64,000 nucleotides of DNA, taken from Candidatus Methanoperedenaceae archaeon (GTDB lineage Archaea > Halobacteriota > Methanosarcinia > Methanosarcinales > Methanoperedenaceae). Positions 36,051 to 46,184 of this stretch are shown piece after piece. The position numbers and the translations under genes are program-made. Below the pieces are notes generated by a model. It made no database searches, was not told the DNA's origin, and was given only the letters and a program-made list of their open reading frames with translations. Every line of letters starts with the position of its first letter. Position 1 is the stretch's first letter. The stretch lies in the NCBI GenBank assembly GCA_963753595.1, contig CAVWCX010000019.1, positions 29,492 to 93,491 on the forward strand, given 5' to 3'.

Positions 36051-36949
36051 ATAAAGGCACTAAGCCCCAAAAAAATAAAGGATGCATATATCGAATTACC
36101 CATATGTTTAAGTGCTTGAAAATCTCCAGATCCTAAAGCCCAGTCTTTTTTATACATAGGAATAAATGTATTTTTTAAAAAATAAACAAACGGGATCATA
36201 ATAACCAGAATACCATAGGAGCTTAGAGTAATTAGATTCAATAGAGCCAAATAATATAACATCATAAAGTAACAGGAGTACTGAACAAGTTGAGATGGAA
36301 GGAAAACAACTCCGAAAGTTTTCAGACCAGCTTTCATATCTCCGGATATATCTTTTAAATCCTTTAATAGCAACGTTGATACGCTGAAGAAAAAGACTGC
36401 TAAAGTAATTAACAGTCCTTTTAAATTTAAATCCGAATATACAAGCCAGATGCTCAAAGTGTACATGGGCATCGCGATACTATAAGCAGCCAACTCACCC
36501 AGATAATGGTCTTTCAATCTGAAACCAATCACTTTTTTAAGGATCAAATTGTCTGAATACCACCATGTAATAATAACCCAGATTGAAGCATACAGATAAA
36601 TTGGCCGTTTAAATTCATAAGACAAATAATAAACAAAGAGCAGGGAGCAAGCATAAAGCAGTACTGAGATAAAAAGAGCTTTCTTTTGCATCGAGATATC
36701 CTGGGTTAAGATAGTTTTTTTCCCGCCTGCTGTATCTTCTTTTAAATCATTGCAATGGTTCCATAAATTAGAAGGAAAGGCTAAAAGCCATGAAACGACA
36801 ATTCCGGCAAACAAAACCGGAAAGTCATAAATTGATAACTCTTTGTGCGATATTAAGAAAAGCGATATGGCAAACAGAGGAAAGGGGGAATATATTGTAG
36901 CTGGAGTGTTGCATAACTTCAATAATGCAACAGGTTTACTCCAGTACAT
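36047..36949 (-). CDS. UbiA-superfamily membrane prenyltransferase
   Basis: NHCNDLKED (NxxxDxxxD) and KDLKDISGD (DxxDxxGD) motifs; multi-TM. Confidence 0.88.
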   Translation of the reverse strand: MYWSKPVALLKLCNTPATIYSPFPLFAISLFLISHKELSIYDFPVLFAGIVVSWLLAFPSNLWNHCNDLKEDTAGGKKTILTQDISMQKKALFISVLLYACSLLFVYYLSYEFKRPIYLYASIWVIITWWYSDNLILKKVIGFRLKDHYLGELAAYSIAMPMYTLSIWLVYSDLNLKGLLITLAVFFFSVSTLLLKDLKDISGDMKAGLKTFGVVFLPSQLVQYSCYFMMLYYLALLNLITLSSYGILVIMIPFVYFLKNTFIPMYKKDWALGSGDFQALKHMGNSIYASFIFLGLSAFI

Positions 36950-36961
36950 ATTAATTTCTAA

Positions 36962-37054
36962 TTACCAGATCCACAAACGTGCTTTCTTAAACATCTCTTC
37001 TGCTGCTTTTTGTTCTTCATCTTTTTTTGGGTTAATCTTTTTTTCGGTTTTCAT
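36962..37054 (-). CDS. 30-aa peptide ending in LWIW; candidate precursor for the adjacent prenyltransferase
   Basis: Manual translation MKTEKKINPKKDEEQKAAEEMFKKARLWIW*; AGGAG RBS upstream; stop 12 nt before the UbiA ATG. Confidence 0.7.
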   Translation of the reverse strand: MKTEKKINPKKDEEQKAAEEMFKKARLWIW

Positions 37055-37284
37055 TTATATTCTCTCCTGTTTTTTGCCCTTGAAGGGCAATATTCAATCA
37101 CAACTCTTTGATTTATATATATATTCAATTAAAAAAATGATTATAGTTATAATAATAATTATTGAATAGTAATGGGATCAGGATTTTCATTTAAAATTTT
37201 AAAACAGGTGAATTATCTATTGGCGCAAATAGCATTATTTAGAAGTTCGAAAATACACACAAAACCTGGGATGGACGGCGCCAG

Positions 37285-38562
37285 TTAATCATCTTTCTTT
37301 AATTTGGGTCTCTTCGCCCTCTCAAACTTCCATCTCTTGCTCAGATCCATCGTCGCATCAATCCCCACCTTCGTTCCTATACCATTCTCAGAGCGCGGAT
37401 CAAGCGTGCTGCCCCTCACATTCGGGTATATGTAAATGTCCTCATCACCTTTCACCCTCGTGGCAATTGCGAACTCGATATCGTTCGGGTCAAAAATATT
37501 GATATCATCATCCACTATCACCACATGCTTGCAGCTCTTATGCGCTGCAAATGTAGCATCAATGGCCTTCTTTGCCTCATCATCGTTTGTTTTATTGATC
37601 TGAACAACAGCATGGAAATAATAACATCCGCCAGGAGTCATAACAACATTTTTTACATCCGCCACTTTCCTGACTTCATTGAAGATAAGGGGCTCATAGG
37701 GTATCCCCATCATTATATTGTGCTCGCTGCCGGCAGGTATCAGGGCGTGATAAATGGGGTCGCGCCTGTGCAATATTTTCGTGATATAGATCACAGGCTG
37801 CTTCCTCACAATGTCATAAGTGCCGCTTATATCCACGAACGGGCCTTCATCAACAAGTTCTGTGGGATGAATATATCCCTCAAGCACGATTTCAGCATGC
37901 GGGACCTTTATTCCGTTTTCCAGTTCAAACACCTCAAGAGGCTCGCCAGCAAGCGCCGCGGCATAATTGTATTCCTTTCCCTCAGGCACACGGGTCGAAA
38001 TCGCAAAAAGCGCCACGGGATCTATTCCGATGACTATCGCAATCGGTAGTGGCTCTCCTTTTCCAGAGGCTTTTTTATACAGGTTGTAAGTGTGCCGGAA
38101 CTCAACAAGCCGCACAGCCAGCCGGTCTTTCCCTATGACCCTTAGCCTGTGGATAGAGGCGTTCATCAAGCCTTCATATTCAGAAACCACAACACCCGCA
38201 GTAATATACGGGGCGCCGTCACCTTCAAAATGTGTAAGGATCGGCAGCCTGTACAGGTCAGGTTTTTCGATCACTTCTCTTGTTGGCGAATCTTTAACAA
38301 GCTTTACCTCACCATCCGGCGGACAGGATGAAAGATGTTCTATGATTTTATCAGGCTTAACGCCAAGAGCCCTGGCAAGAAGTTCCCTTGATGACAGGAG
38401 GTTCATGAAAAGTTTTGACCCGTTGACATTTGTATAAAGCGCAGGCTCTTTCCCGGCAGTGGCAGAAACCTCATAAACCGGAGATAAGAGTGTTTTTATC
38501 TCAGTGAGTTTGCCCTCTGATCTTAATTGTTCAATAAATCCCCGAAAACTCATTCTCTCCAC
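37285..38562 (-). CDS. ubiD: UbiD-family decarboxylase (probable anhydromevalonate phosphate decarboxylase)
   Basis: DGAPYITAG, NASIHR, EIVLEG, EGPFVDISGTY, GSTLDP. Confidence 0.9.
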   Translation of the reverse strand: MERMSFRGFIEQLRSEGKLTEIKTLLSPVYEVSATAGKEPALYTNVNGSKLFMNLLSSRELLARALGVKPDKIIEHLSSCPPDGEVKLVKDSPTREVIEKPDLYRLPILTHFEGDGAPYITAGVVVSEYEGLMNASIHRLRVIGKDRLAVRLVEFRHTYNLYKKASGKGEPLPIAIVIGIDPVALFAISTRVPEGKEYNYAAALAGEPLEVFELENGIKVPHAEIVLEGYIHPTELVDEGPFVDISGTYDIVRKQPVIYITKILHRRDPIYHALIPAGSEHNIMMGIPYEPLIFNEVRKVADVKNVVMTPGGCYYFHAVVQINKTNDDEAKKAIDATFAAHKSCKHVVIVDDDINIFDPNDIEFAIATRVKGDEDIYIYPNVRGSTLDPRSENGIGTKVGIDATMDLSKRWKFERAKRPKLKKDD

Positions 38563-39113
38563 CGCTTGTATAAATTATGTTCGATATCAAGTAAATCAAG
38601 AGCTCTCCCTGCCATAAAATCAATAATATCGTCAATGGTTTTGGGTCTGGGATAAAAAGCAGGGCAGGCAGGAAGGATGGATGCGCCGGCTTCCATTGCT
38701 TTTTTCATATTTTCGATATGGATTAGATTCAGGGGAGTTTCCCTGGCCATCATAACAAGGGGGCGCTTTTCTTTCAGGCAGCAGTCAGAAGCCCTGGAAA
38801 TCAATGTATCAGACATCCCCGAGGCGATCGATGCAAGTGTTTTCATGCTGCATGGCGCAATTATCATTCCCTTTGACCTGTGAGAGCCGCTTGCAATCGG
38901 CGCTGTAAAATCGTGATCATCATAAACGTTATCACCCAGATCTTCCACATCCTTGACCGAATAATCAGTCTCAATTTTTATAAGTTGCTTTGCGGATTCG
39001 GAAATGACAAGATCAGTTTCAAAACCTTTCATTTGTTTTATGGCTTCGAGTATCCGTATTCCATACTGGATACCTGAGGCTCCACTCATACCTATAATAA
39101 TCTCATTCTTCAT
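38550..39113 (-). CDS. ubiX: Flavin prenyltransferase UbiX
   Basis: GMSGASG, APIASGS, PCSMKTL, RETPL, PAFYPRP. Confidence 0.95.
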   Translation of the reverse strand: MKNEIIIGMSGASGIQYGIRILEAIKQMKGFETDLVISESAKQLIKIETDYSVKDVEDLGDNVYDDHDFTAPIASGSHRSKGMIIAPCSMKTLASIASGMSDTLISRASDCCLKEKRPLVMMARETPLNLIHIENMKKAMEAGASILPACPAFYPRPKTIDDIIDFMAGRALDLLDIEHNLYKRWRE

Positions 39114-39194
39114 ATCCTATACTTGTTTTGCCATGTTTGAATAGTTTTTGTTAAGAATAAGATTATATTAAATACAAGCGTTTTCGCACCTGTT

Positions 39195-39395
39195 ATGATC
39201 CAGATCTTGTATGACATTGCACTGCGCCTCGGTCTTGGCCTGATACTTGGCGTATTGCTGATGATTTTGATTACAATAATTGAAACTGCGTTTTATAATT
39301 ATCATAGACAGATACATTTATTCATAATCGCAGTTCTCATATCCCTGATAATCTACGCATTGGGGGATATCGGAATTGACATCCTCCATTTTTGA
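39195..39395 (+). CDS. Small two-TM membrane protein
   Basis: Two hydrophobic helices, 66 aa. Confidence 0.55.
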   Translation: MIQILYDIALRLGLGLILGVLLMILITIIETAFYNYHRQIHLFIIAVLISLIIYALGDIGIDILHF

Positions 39396-39397
39396 TA

Positions 39398-39601
39398 TTA
39401 AGGAACGGACTTTTTTCGTCTTAATTTCCCGATCAATGTTCTAAGCCGGTTCTTGCTTGCATTCTTTATTTTTAACCGGAGATACCCCCTTTTTGAATTA
39501 ATAACCATCTTAAATACCGTATCCTCAGGACATGAATCCAGATAATTCTTGATCTCTCCTGCTACAGTCTCTTTATTAATTCCTGTGTATTCTATACTCA
39601 T
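39398..39601 (-). CDS. Small hypothetical protein
   Basis: 67-aa ORF with GGTG upstream. Confidence 0.55.
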   Translation of the reverse strand: MSIEYTGINKETVAGEIKNYLDSCPEDTVFKMVINSKRGYLRLKIKNASKNRLRTLIGKLRRKKSVP

Positions 39602-39709
39602 ACACCATCTGTAACAATCGGAATTATTATATATCTATCCTATTAATCATGCAATACTTTAACTAAAATAAAAGGCTTAATACGATAATCTTCAAAATGG
39701 AAAGGAAAC

Positions 39710-41035
39710 ATGGTACTGGATAAACTTGGCGGCTCGCTTCAGGACGCCCTTAAGAAATTGGTCGGCGCAGGCCGGATCGATGAAAAGTTAGTGGACGATG
39801 TAGTAAGGGATATTCAGCGGGCTATGCTGCAGGCGGATGTAAATGTAAAGCATGTGATGGCACTGTCGCAGAAAATAAAACAGCGCTCACTCAAGGAAGA
39901 ACCGCCAAGCGGCATGAATCCAAGAGAGCATGTAATACGAATTGTTTACCAGGAATTGATAAATATCCTGGGAAAAAGCGCGAACATCAAGCTTGCATCC
40001 CAGACCATAATGATGGTGGGGCTGCAGGGAAGCGGAAAAACCACAACGACTGCTAAACTTGCGCGCTATTTCCAGAGAAAAGGACTGAAAACGGCTGTCA
40101 TATGTGCAGATAATTTCAGGCTCGGAGCTTATGACCAGTTAAAGACCCTGTGCGAAAGGAGCGGCGTTTTTTTCTATGGTGAAAAGGATGTGAAAGATGC
40201 TGTAGGTATTGTGCAGCGCGGCCTCAAGGCAATTGAAAAATTCGATGTAAAAATAATAGATACTGCCGGAAGGCATGCCCTTGAAACAGATCTTATCATA
40301 GAAATGGAAAATATTCACCAGGCTGCAAAACCCGATCACAAGTTCCTTGTTCTTGACGCAGCTATGGGACAACTTGCAAGCGACCAGGCAAAAGCTTTCA
40401 ATTCATCTATCGGGATAACTGCTGTTATAATAACAAAACTTGACGGGACGGCAAAAGGTGGAGGCGCCCTGTCAGCTGTTTCTGATACAGATTCATCTAT
40501 CGCTTTTATCGGGGTTGGCGAAACTCCTGATGACCTTGAGAGATTCGAAGCTGACAGGTTCATTTCACGCCTCCTTGGAATGGGGGATATTAAATCCCTG
40601 CTTGAAAAAGCCGAGGAGACCTTCAAAGTTGAAGATTTTGATGTGGAATCAATGCTCAGCGGGAAATTTACTCTTAAAGATATGTACAAACAGATGGAAG
40701 CTGTGAACAAAATGGGGCCTCTTAAGCAGGTCATGTCCATGATACCGCTCGGGAAACTGGGAATGAAGGTCTCGGATGATATGTTCGCAGTTACCCAGGA
40801 AAAAATGAAAAAATACAAGTACATTATGGATTCCATGACCGATAATGAGCTTGAAGACCCGAAACATATCAACAGCCCCAGGATCACACGGATAGCGCGC
40901 GGGTCGGGAACGAAATACGACGATGTACGGGAACTCCTGAAATACCATAAAATGATGCAAAAGACCATGAAAGGTATGAGTGGCGGCGGCGGAAAGTTCA
41001 ACATGCAGAAAATGATGAAGAAATTTGGAATGTAA
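39710..41035 (+). CDS. srp54: Signal recognition particle protein SRP54
   Basis: [29 protein letters not shown], Met-rich M domain. Confidence 0.98.
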   Translation: MVLDKLGGSLQDALKKLVGAGRIDEKLVDDVVRDIQRAMLQADVNVKHVMALSQKIKQRSLKEEPPSGMNPREHVIRIVYQELINILGKSANIKLASQTIMMVGLQGSGKTTTTAKLARYFQRKGLKTAVICADNFRLGAYDQLKTLCERSGVFFYGEKDVKDAVGIVQRGLKAIEKFDVKIIDTAGRHALETDLIIEMENIHQAAKPDHKFLVLDAAMGQLASDQAKAFNSSIGITAVIITKLDGTAKGGGALSAVSDTDSSIAFIGVGETPDDLERFEADRFISRLLGMGDIKSLLEKAEETFKVEDFDVESMLSGKFTLKDMYKQMEAVNKMGPLKQVMSMIPLGKLGMKVSDDMFAVTQEKMKKYKYIMDSMTDNELEDPKHINSPRITRIARGSGTKYDDVRELLKYHKMMQKTMKGMSGGGGKFNMQKMMKKFGM

Positions 41036-41105
41036 GGCCGCAATTTCGATTATGATGATATGATTATGGAAAATATTTATAAGTAAAGAGATTTATAATA
41101 GTAAT

Positions 41106-41157
41106 GGGGCAGCGGCATCGCATCCATCCCCTCCGATGTTTCCGCAACGCCCCCTTT
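41106..41157 (+). ncRNA. Candidate sRNA hairpin with anti-Shine-Dalgarno-like loop
   Basis: GGGGC-GCGG-CATCG / CGATG-CCGC-GCCCC stem, loop CATCCATCCCCTC; BRE/TATA AAAATATTTATAAG about 25 nt upstream. Confidence 0.55.
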
Positions 41158-41356
41158 AATTCAGACAACAGGAAATTCTTCCTGAATTTTCTTATTTGCT
41201 TTATATCTTTTTCAGTTTTCTTGACCTCTATTGCTATCAGTTCATCATTATCCGGAAATTTAATTACATCCTGATGTTATAAAATTTGACTTTTTATGAC
41301 ATTGCGATGTTATTGTTTTGGAGTTTTAAAACTTTTCATTATCTTCTGGTTTGAAA

Positions 41357-41425
41357 AACCACAGAGAGCACAGAGTACACAGAGAAAAGCGTCAAAGCTC
41401 TGTACTCTCTGCGTACTCTTTGGTT
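41357..41425. repeat. REP-like palindrome built from CACAGAG units
   Basis: AACCACAGAGAGCACAGAGTACACAGAG ... CTCTGTACTCTCTGCGTACTCTTTGGTT. Confidence 0.75.
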
Positions 41426-41462
41426 GATGATCCTCTTAGCGGAAAACTATAATCCAAATTTT

Positions 41463-43484
41463 TTACCTTACCCTCGTCCCTTCCTTCACCTCTTTCTCAG
41501 GCATCAGCAGCACCGCACCCTCAACATCAGCCGCCAGCACCATCCCGCGCGATTCAACCCCAAAAAGTTTTGCCGGCTTCATATTTGCCATAACAACGAC
41601 CAGCTTTCCCACAAGTTCGGAAGGATCATGGGATTTTGCTATCCCTGCAACTATCTGGCGCTTCTCGCCAATATCCACTTCCAGTTTCAGGAGTTTATCA
41701 GAACCTTTGATGACCTGTGCCGACAATACTTTCCCGATCCTGATATCAAGTTTCTGGAATTCTTCGTATGTTATCTCAGTCTTCTCTTCCTTTGCTTCTT
41801 CCTCGTGCTTTTTCTCTTTTGACATTGCTATCTTTACCCTTTTATCAAGGATGGCTTCCATTTCCTTGATCTTCTTATCCTCAATCTTTGTGAATAATAT
41901 CTCAGGTATTTTTAATTCCCCGGCAGGTATCTCAATGAGGGCATCCTCAAACCGCGCGCTGTGAACATCCCCTGAAAGTCCAAGCTGTTTCCATGCCTTT
42001 TCCATATTTCCGGGAAGGATAGGCTCAAACAACAATATTAGCGCCTTTCCTATCTGGAGGCAGTTCTTAACAACACGGGCACATGCATCTCTATCTGTTT
42101 TTATGAGCGACCAGGGCTCTTTGGACTGGAAATACGAATTACCGTACGCAGCAAGTTCCATCATTGCATCCGTAGCCTTCTTGAACTCATATTCATCAAA
42201 AGCCAGAATTACGGTTTCAATAGTCGCTCGTATTTTTTCAAGAATTTCTTTATCGATTTTGCCATCCGGGACCGCGCTGAAATTCTTATGGGTAAAATGC
42301 TGCGTCCTGTGCAGGAAATTTCCAAGCGCTCCCACGAGTTCACTGTTAACCTTATCCTGGAACACTTTCCAGGAGAAATTCAATTCTTTTGTATGTGAAG
42401 TGTAATTCGCGATATAATACCGCAAAAGATCGGGATGGAAACCATGGTCAAGATAATCCTCATCCACCCATACCACATACCCGCGGCTCTTTGAGAACTT
42501 CTTATCATCGATTTTCAGCATCCCTGACGCAACAACAGCCCACGGCGGGGTGTAACCTGCACCTTTTAGCATGGCAGGCCAGAAGATGCAGTGATGATAT
42601 GTGATATCCTCGCCTATGAAATGAATGATGCGGGAATCGCGCCGCCAGTATTTCTCCCAGTCGCCTCCTGTTTTTTTAGCCCATTCTTCTGTGAACGATA
42701 TGTAACCTATGGGCGCATCCACCCAGACATAAACGACAAGGTCGTCATGGCCAGGGAACCGGACGCCCCATTCGAGATTTCTCGTGATGCACCAGTCCTT
42801 CAATTCCTTTGCCCATATTTTTGCATAGTTGATGGCATTGGATGTGCCCCCGAGTGTTTTAAGGTAATCCGAAAGGAAGCCCCCGAAAGACGAAAGCTTG
42901 AAAAAGAAATGCTCCTGCTCACGATACTCGGCGGGATTTCCGCATATGCGGCATTTTGCGTTCTTGATCTCACCGGGTTCAAGATGTTTTCCGCATCCCT
43001 GGTCGCACTCATCCCCGCGTGCAGGTTTTCCGCAATAAGGGCATATCCCCTCAACATACCTGTCCGGAAGGAATCGCTCATCATGAGGACAGTACGCTAG
43101 TCTTATGACCTGGGGATAGACATATCCCCTGTCGATCAGCGCTTCCACAATGCTGTTCGTTCTTGCATGGTTCGTGGGTGAGTCAGTATTACCGAAGATA
43201 CTGAATTCCACTTCCATCGCTTTGAAAATACTCTCAAAATGTTTGTGGTATTTATTAACAAGTTCTGTTGGGGTAGTCTTTAGCTCCTCAGCATTTACCA
43301 CGATCGGAGTACCGTGGGCATCAGAACCGCAAACAAATACTGCCTCTTGCCCCTGTTTCCTGAGTGACCGTACAAAAATATCTCCCGGCACATAAGTACG
43401 CAGGTGCCCGATATGGCATTTACCATTAGCATAAGGAAGACCGCATGTAACAAGAACAGGTTTATCAGATGGAAAGTTTGACAT
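41463..43484 (-). CDS. metG: Methionyl-tRNA synthetase with C-terminal tRNA-binding domain
   Basis: [12 protein letters not shown], Zn knuckles, [17 protein letters not shown]. Confidence 0.98.
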   Translation of the reverse strand: MSNFPSDKPVLVTCGLPYANGKCHIGHLRTYVPGDIFVRSLRKQGQEAVFVCGSDAHGTPIVVNAEELKTTPTELVNKYHKHFESIFKAMEVEFSIFGNTDSPTNHARTNSIVEALIDRGYVYPQVIRLAYCPHDERFLPDRYVEGICPYCGKPARGDECDQGCGKHLEPGEIKNAKCRICGNPAEYREQEHFFFKLSSFGGFLSDYLKTLGGTSNAINYAKIWAKELKDWCITRNLEWGVRFPGHDDLVVYVWVDAPIGYISFTEEWAKKTGGDWEKYWRRDSRIIHFIGEDITYHHCIFWPAMLKGAGYTPPWAVVASGMLKIDDKKFSKSRGYVVWVDEDYLDHGFHPDLLRYYIANYTSHTKELNFSWKVFQDKVNSELVGALGNFLHRTQHFTHKNFSAVPDGKIDKEILEKIRATIETVILAFDEYEFKKATDAMMELAAYGNSYFQSKEPWSLIKTDRDACARVVKNCLQIGKALILLFEPILPGNMEKAWKQLGLSGDVHSARFEDALIEIPAGELKIPEILFTKIEDKKIKEMEAILDKRVKIAMSKEKKHEEEAKEEKTEITYEEFQKLDIRIGKVLSAQVIKGSDKLLKLEVDIGEKRQIVAGIAKSHDPSELVGKLVVVMANMKPAKLFGVESRGMVLAADVEGAVLLMPEKEVKEGTRVR

Positions 43485-43557
43485 GGGTGCTACATGGGAT
43501 TTCTTTATAAAATACGTTTCTGTGAAGTGCACCCATTCAATATATTTAAGGCACTCG

Positions 43558-44382
43558 TTATTTCAGCCCCTGTACCTTGATACTAACAATAGAATCAGCA
43601 ATACTTCTTAGCTCATCCTCGGGGATATTGAAATTCTCAATAATTGCCTTTGCTGTCGGGTCATTTACCATAAATTCGATCGGATATTTTGTCTCATCGA
43701 TTATCCTGACATCTTTGAATCCTGCACCTTTTATTGCTTTTAAATATTCGTCCTTTTTTATGGCACCTGAAATACAGCCTATATACGATTCAACTGAATT
43801 TTTTATTGCATCAGGAAGCTCTTTTAATAATACAATATCAGAAACCATTAGTCTTCCGCCTGGTCTTAAAATCCTGTAGGCCTCTTTAAAAACCCGCTTT
43901 TTATCTGGTGAAAGATTGATGACACAATTTGATATGATAGCATCAACCGAATTATCCGCAGCAGGCAGATTTTCGATCTCACCGAGCCTGAATTCAACAT
44001 TATCGTAATTCCCTTTCGTGGCATTTTCCCTTGCTTTTTCTAACATCTCATGTGTCATGTCAACACCTATAACTTTACCAGTGGATCCTACCTTTTTTGC
44101 TGCAAGGAAGCAATCAAACCCGGCGCCTGAACCCAGGTCAAGAACAGTTTCACCGCTCTTTAGCGAAGCCATAGCTACCGGATTCCCGCATCCAAGCCCA
44201 AGATTTGCGCCTTCAGGAACCGCTTCAATTTCATCTTCACCATAGCCTATACTTTTGCTAATTTCTACCACTCGCCCTTTACTCCCGCAGCAGGATGTTA
44301 CAGGTGAACAGCATGATGTCCCTTTCGTGGCAATTTTCGCATAGCCTTCCCGCACATTCTTTTTTATATCTTCTTCTTTCAT
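43558..44382 (-). CDS. arsM: Arsenite S-adenosylmethionine methyltransferase
   Basis: [32 protein letters not shown]; N-terminal CC pairs. Confidence 0.93.
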   Translation of the reverse strand: MKEEDIKKNVREGYAKIATKGTSCCSPVTSCCGSKGRVVEISKSIGYGEDEIEAVPEGANLGLGCGNPVAMASLKSGETVLDLGSGAGFDCFLAAKKVGSTGKVIGVDMTHEMLEKARENATKGNYDNVEFRLGEIENLPAADNSVDAIISNCVINLSPDKKRVFKEAYRILRPGGRLMVSDIVLLKELPDAIKNSVESYIGCISGAIKKDEYLKAIKGAGFKDVRIIDETKYPIEFMVNDPTAKAIIENFNIPEDELRSIADSIVSIKVQGLK

Positions 44383-44403
44383 TTTGATCTCTCCCGTTTC
44401 ATT

Positions 44404-44688
44404 TTAGAGTACATCTTTTATCAATGGCCCAAGCATGTCTTTCACTATTCCCGCAAGTTCTTCTGCCTTGATCAAAGTAATACAGCAAATCTTGCCGTCC
44501 TTTTCCCAGCTCACAACTGCCAGTTTATCGCCCGCATGGATATTTGCCCTTTCCCTTATCTCTTTCGGAAGCACCATTTGCCCGCGCTCATCCACGCTTA
44601 TCATGGATTCTACTTTACAGCAGCTTGACCTGGCCTCAGATCCGCAGCATGATTCGTTTTTTTCTTTTTGGGTCATTTTCATCCTCAT
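44404..44688 (-). CDS. AbrB-like protein of the HgcAB-associated (HgcC-like) type
   Basis: CC...CCKVESMISVDERGQMVLPKEIR...GDKL...CC. Confidence 0.8.
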   Translation of the reverse strand: MRMKMTQKEKNESCCGSEARSSCCKVESMISVDERGQMVLPKEIRERANIHAGDKLAVVSWEKDGKICCITLIKAEELAGIVKDMLGPLIKDVL

Positions 44689-44719
44689 TTTAAGAGGGTT
44701 TCCTGAATATTTATACTTT

Positions 44720-44733
44720 TCTGATTAATCAGA
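44720..44733. promoter_or_regulatory. Perfect 14-bp palindrome, candidate operator for the AbrB-like/arsM operon
   Basis: TCTGATTAATCAGA next to a TATA-like element. Confidence 0.5.
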
Positions 44734-44913
44734 CAAATCTGAATTAGTTGAAAATACCTATTTATTCCACGCTAATTTCTGTAGAGAGTTCCAAGAAGCC
44801 CTGTTGCCTCAAGCAGGACGTTATGGTATCCTCTGCAGTTAGACACAATAGAAAAATATATACATGAGTATGTATATGAGCATGTGTTGCATTATATTAA
44901 TGGAGGTGAAAAA

Positions 44914-45177
44914 ATGTCAGGATGTAATCCAGTAACGTATAATAACATTCCACCAGATGTATTTACATGTATGAAAAAAAAGCTTGAGGCCGCTGGAATT
45001 CATGTTCCACCCGGAAATAGTGGCGACATGGAAGGCAGTGGCGTTAAGGCACATTTTGAATGGGATGGAAAAACAAATCTAACAATAACGATAAAAGACA
45101 AACCATTTATAGTAACTTGCGGCTATGTAATTGGAAAAATAACCGATTTTGTGCATGAATGTCACGGTAACGCATAA
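44914..45177 (+). CDS. Small hypothetical protein with 4 Cys
   Basis: GGAGGTGA RBS before MSGCNPVTY. Confidence 0.7.
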   Translation: MSGCNPVTYNNIPPDVFTCMKKKLEAAGIHVPPGNSGDMEGSGVKAHFEWDGKTNLTITIKDKPFIVTCGYVIGKITDFVHECHGNA

Positions 45178-45182
45178 AATTG

Positions 45183-45246
45183 ACTAATACGAACTGAAAC
45201 GAACTTCGGTAGCGTGAGTTTGTAACAGTTCGTACGAGTTAGTTGT
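45183..45246. repeat. REP-like palindrome family A, copy 3
   Basis: ACGAACTGAAACGAACT ... GAGTTTGTAACAGTTCGTACGAGTTAGTTGT. Confidence 0.75.
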
Positions 45247-45285
45247 TAATTTTTTTCATACCAGATCGCAATAAATGAAAAAAGA

Positions 45286-45357
45286 AGCCAAGGTCCGGAG
45301 TCGAACCGGATTGGAATCGCTCTGCAGGCGATTGCGTGGCCGTTCCGCCACCTTGGC
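45286..45357 (-). tRNA. tRNA-Cys (GCA)
   Basis: GCCAAGG/CCTTGGC acceptor stem, anticodon loop CTGCAGA, GGTTCGACTCC T arm; CCA not encoded. Confidence 0.96.
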
Positions 45358-45455
45358 AGGGGGAGTAACGCTACATAAACATAATAGATAATAAGATTAT
45401 CGCAATAGGCAATACTCATATATCCCATCCGATAATATGTTATTAAAAGGATAAA

Positions 45456-46184
45456 ATGGAACTCAAGAAAACTGAAAATTGCATGATATGCGGGGATGAA
45501 CTTGAATATTTGACAGCCGCTGTTCCAGTGTCATGCATTTACTGCGGGAAAAAAGAATCCGCTAATATACATTGCCCATCGGGACATTATGTTTGCAATG
45601 AATGCCATGCCAGCGATTCTATCAAAATAATCACACAATTCTGCCTTTCTTCAAACTCAAAAAATCCTATGGAAATGGCAAAGACCATAATGAGACATCC
45701 TGTCATGCCAATGCATGGGCCTGAACACCATGCCATGATAGCCGCAGTACTTGTAACAGCATATAAGAACATGACAGGAAAAGCGACGGATGAAGACATA
45801 AAGGAAGCTATACGCCGTGGCGCCACTGTTCCTGGCGGATATTGCGGCCTTTACGGGGCAGACGCGGCAGCAATAGCAACAGGGATCGCTCTTTCAACGA
45901 TATTGAAAGCAACACCTCTTTCGGATTACGAACGCAGGACAGCCAATATGATGACCTCGCGCGCCCTTGCCGCCATAGCCGTGAACAGCGGTGTAAGGTG
46001 CTGCAAACGAAGCACCTATGCATCGATCGAGTCGGCGCTCCAGTATTTCAAAGAAGTCCTGGGAGTAGAGCTTGAACACATCCCTGTTTCGAGGCTCAAA
46101 TGCGAGCACAGCCACAGGAATAAGCAATGTTCTTATGCTGATTGCAGGTATTTTGCAGGAAAGACGAATTCAAAATATACTTGA
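45456..46184 (+). CDS. Cys-rich DUF5714-like protein
   Basis: CMICG, CIYCG, HYVCNECH, MHGPEHH, VPGGYCG, RCCKR. Confidence 0.75.
   Translation: MELKKTENCMICGDELEYLTAAVPVSCIYCGKKESANIHCPSGHYVCNECHASDSIKIITQFCLSSNSKNPMEMAKTIMRHPVMPMHGPEHHAMIAAVLVTAYKNMTGKATDEDIKEAIRRGATVPGGYCGLYGADAAAIATGIALSTILKATPLSDYERRTANMMTSRALAAIAVNSGVRCCKRSTYASIESALQYFKEVLGVELEHIPVSRLKCEHSHRNKQCSYADCRYFAGKTNSKYT

Noticed and set aside
45286-45357. tRNA-Cys as an integration site
   Set aside because: No duplicated tRNA end or integrase was noticed in the window.
45246-45428. 60-aa ORF
   Set aside because: Overlaps tRNA-Cys.
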